Assembly: GCA_018985225.1 (NCBI GenBank)
Contig: JADGIF010000370.1
Span: forward strand, 1-9,892
DNA: 9,892 nt
Reading direction: 5' to 3'
Source: Amoeboradix gromovi X-113
Lineage: Eukaryota > Fungi > Sanchytriomycota
The stretch's first letter is position 1. Each line of letters opens with the position of its first letter. Of this stretch, positions 9,101-9,892 are shown one piece after another. Position numbers and translations under genes: made by a program. The notes under the pieces are model-generated. The model worked only from the letters and a program-made list of their open reading frames with translations, ran no database searches and was not told where the DNA came from.

Positions 9101-9370
9101 TGGCTGATTGCAAGTAGATTATTAATAAGTCATAAGAATGGCAGTTTATATGACGGGATAGAACTGTTTAGCAGGAATGTGCAGGGTCATTTTGACGGAC
9201 AAACAGAATGCACTATATGCTTTTCAATTATTGGAGTAATAGATAAAACATTACCCACAAAGAAATGCTTGACTTGTTCTAACAAATTCCATGGCGGGTG
9301 CTTACAACGTTGGTTTAAAGAAAGCAAGCAAACAAACTGTCCGCTGTGCAGGAGCCTCTTTAGATTTTAA
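6158..9370 (+). CDS. LTN1: E3 ubiquitin ligase Listerin (ribosome quality control; Rkr1/Ltn1)
   Basis: 1070-aa ORF. N-terminal LKQLTKKDVKTQIKA (Ltn1 KKD.tTK.KA motif), helical HEAT-like middle, RWD-like domain (SYEIDE...VPQYYPL) and C-terminal RING (FDGQTECTICFSII...LPTKKCLTCSNKFHGGCLQRWF...CPLCR). Confidence 0.97.
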   Translation: MEYSSYHSKLSPLLKQLTKKDVKTQIKASLDIFELIKEDQEALYETSRLWVFIFKTSAVQPLQLRRVILDINNYLFVTLKKEMAVTIKDILGFWLLNIADVPMALQSLKIFPNIQKVLDFAGSNVPSLLIIHLSDEQWCGHASVAINYIFANYEKYLTEYLTAIESSIYKYHNINHFTVLLRLLKSNKLKNLDLLVEHCITSFVGLKNPDYWLVLKNPLLVAGLQSSSRLKPFLQGLLKLPDFKLFPIYDELKLLIEHLISVKIPNIHDIIASSLSADKRTCIKLFCHFEPISKVIEYLKTDSVSESIRYSIFLLTCSQLDQSILQYFDQYRDDALIQFSTNSEIPISDMATLLNNNDSRFLKLKISDTQSLELIKLLTNFNVHTDLMLCLVKNQDSFSSLIETLISHNINSFIAILDDLSQMPFKLDLLPYQSTISRLSQRDIIPFYCTNILPVLEPFPLKTDLILELFYHFNKLSDYFNSRAFEASRLVLHLLHDDEFHDQLHFIPDVVLLELLPDLTTQELVRRCALLPASILALYIYNDQSLLDNATKYSYHILDPMHAYLLNKAFNPNYIPTIKQHNVILTQLPLYELMYYTITSNNSSLSTDLSECLLFLSNLSSNHQTILLKQLKTSNPYILFIIAVLHPHKLLHTSVQQAQQYKQNSGVSGPIGAVINGVGSYKGDANEWDYLVRVYQTLSSPTSDESFIMILSKLPVVHSHCLEQLLLSRIALIEDIDLYESVSNIVNTKYPKVFMMLLHKCLAIEMAYLSVHKQRRMDETLELGYYLKRLINFDGFNEWLLFFGCLQSVNIAVKQDICDSADINSHLQMLMNTIIEKLNIKSPKMVELRRLEKKPYIAWLFDSSKELYLVLFMGILEFFGDFVRQYMINTQLIRNLEKLMSRTWIKDTIQDQIDKVKDQFEFANVNLKILQNSQGVECRVSYEIDEYKLETSFVVPQYYPLHPIHIAGIERIGVTEHLFKSWLIASRLLISHKNGSLYDGIELFSRNVQGHFDGQTECTICFSIIGVIDKTLPTKKCLTCSNKFHGGCLQRWFKESKQTNCPLCRSLFRF

Positions 9371-9430
9371 AATAAATCGAAAATAATTTACTCGTCGTTA
9401 AAAGTCCTGATTTCCAAGAAAACCACGAAT

Positions 9431-9850
9431 TTAATAAGAGAATCTGAATAATCCAGTCCCTCCGTTACAGTGGCTGATCATGTTCCTACTGCCATATAGT
9501 CACTCTTTACTGGTAAATAACATTTTGTACATGCGTGTCTCTCCAACCAGTTTTTTTCAAAGTGTGACACCTTGAACACGTTTGAAAGTAAATGCTTGAC
9601 TAAATCACAAAGTGTCCTTCCTATTTCTTTCGAAGGTAGCTTCATTTTTAGACCAGTTTCTAACTAGAAAAATATGTTCTGCATCTATAAGCGATGTCTT
9701 TAGGAGTCAAATATTCAAGGTTTCTAGACCGGGTCCATTTTAATTGATCAAAGAAAGAATGCCGAGATTTTACACAAGGGACATCAAACATAAAAACTGG
9801 ACCAACTTTTTGTAGCAACTTGGAACATTATTTAAGAGGCGAGTGGACAT
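9431..9850 (-). pseudogene. Decayed Fanzor2/TnpB-like nuclease, C-terminal half (may continue beyond the window end)
   Basis: Motifs across frameshifts, in order: RLLNNVPSCYKKLVQFLC (~9841-9788; cf. I.N.v.e.H.K...fLc), LKMK..SKEIGRTLCDL, SQAFT (9601-9587; cf. sEayTS), QTCSRCHTLKKTG (9584-9546), HACTKCYLPVKSDYM (9537-9493), GSRNMI (9493-9476; cf. RD.NgaRNI), then TAA at 9433-9431. Confidence 0.75.
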
Positions 9851-9892
9851 TCAGCTAGTTGCGGAGTTGACGAGTATAAAAGGAGAATAAAT

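Overview
AT-rich, gene-dense eukaryotic DNA using the standard genetic code. It is probably from a compact genome of a flagellated early-diverging fungus or relative; this is inference from a fungal-type AMPK/SNF1 beta subunit plus a cilia-associated WDR49/WDR64-like gene. There are four apparently intronless host genes: a putative IVY1-like I-BAR/coiled-coil protein (396-902, -), an EF-hand + WD40 protein (2660-5224, -), the AMPK/SNF1 beta subunit (5273-6016, -) and a shortened Listerin/LTN1 RING E3 ligase (6158-9370, +). The larger gaps that the ORF track does not explain (about 940-2640 and 9430-end) contain frameshifted, stop-riddled relics of Fanzor/TnpB-type RNA-guided nuclease genes. 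Three carry recognisable C-terminal zinc-finger/RuvC-III motifs and a fourth is weaker. All lie on the minus strand, they are dissimilar from each other, and they appear to include both Fanzor1-like and Fanzor2-like types. Stem-loops that could be omegaRNA remnants follow each of the three clearer relics. A separate ~250-nt region at 79-328 may fold into a structured RNA. All calls come from manual translation and motif recognition; no searches were run.
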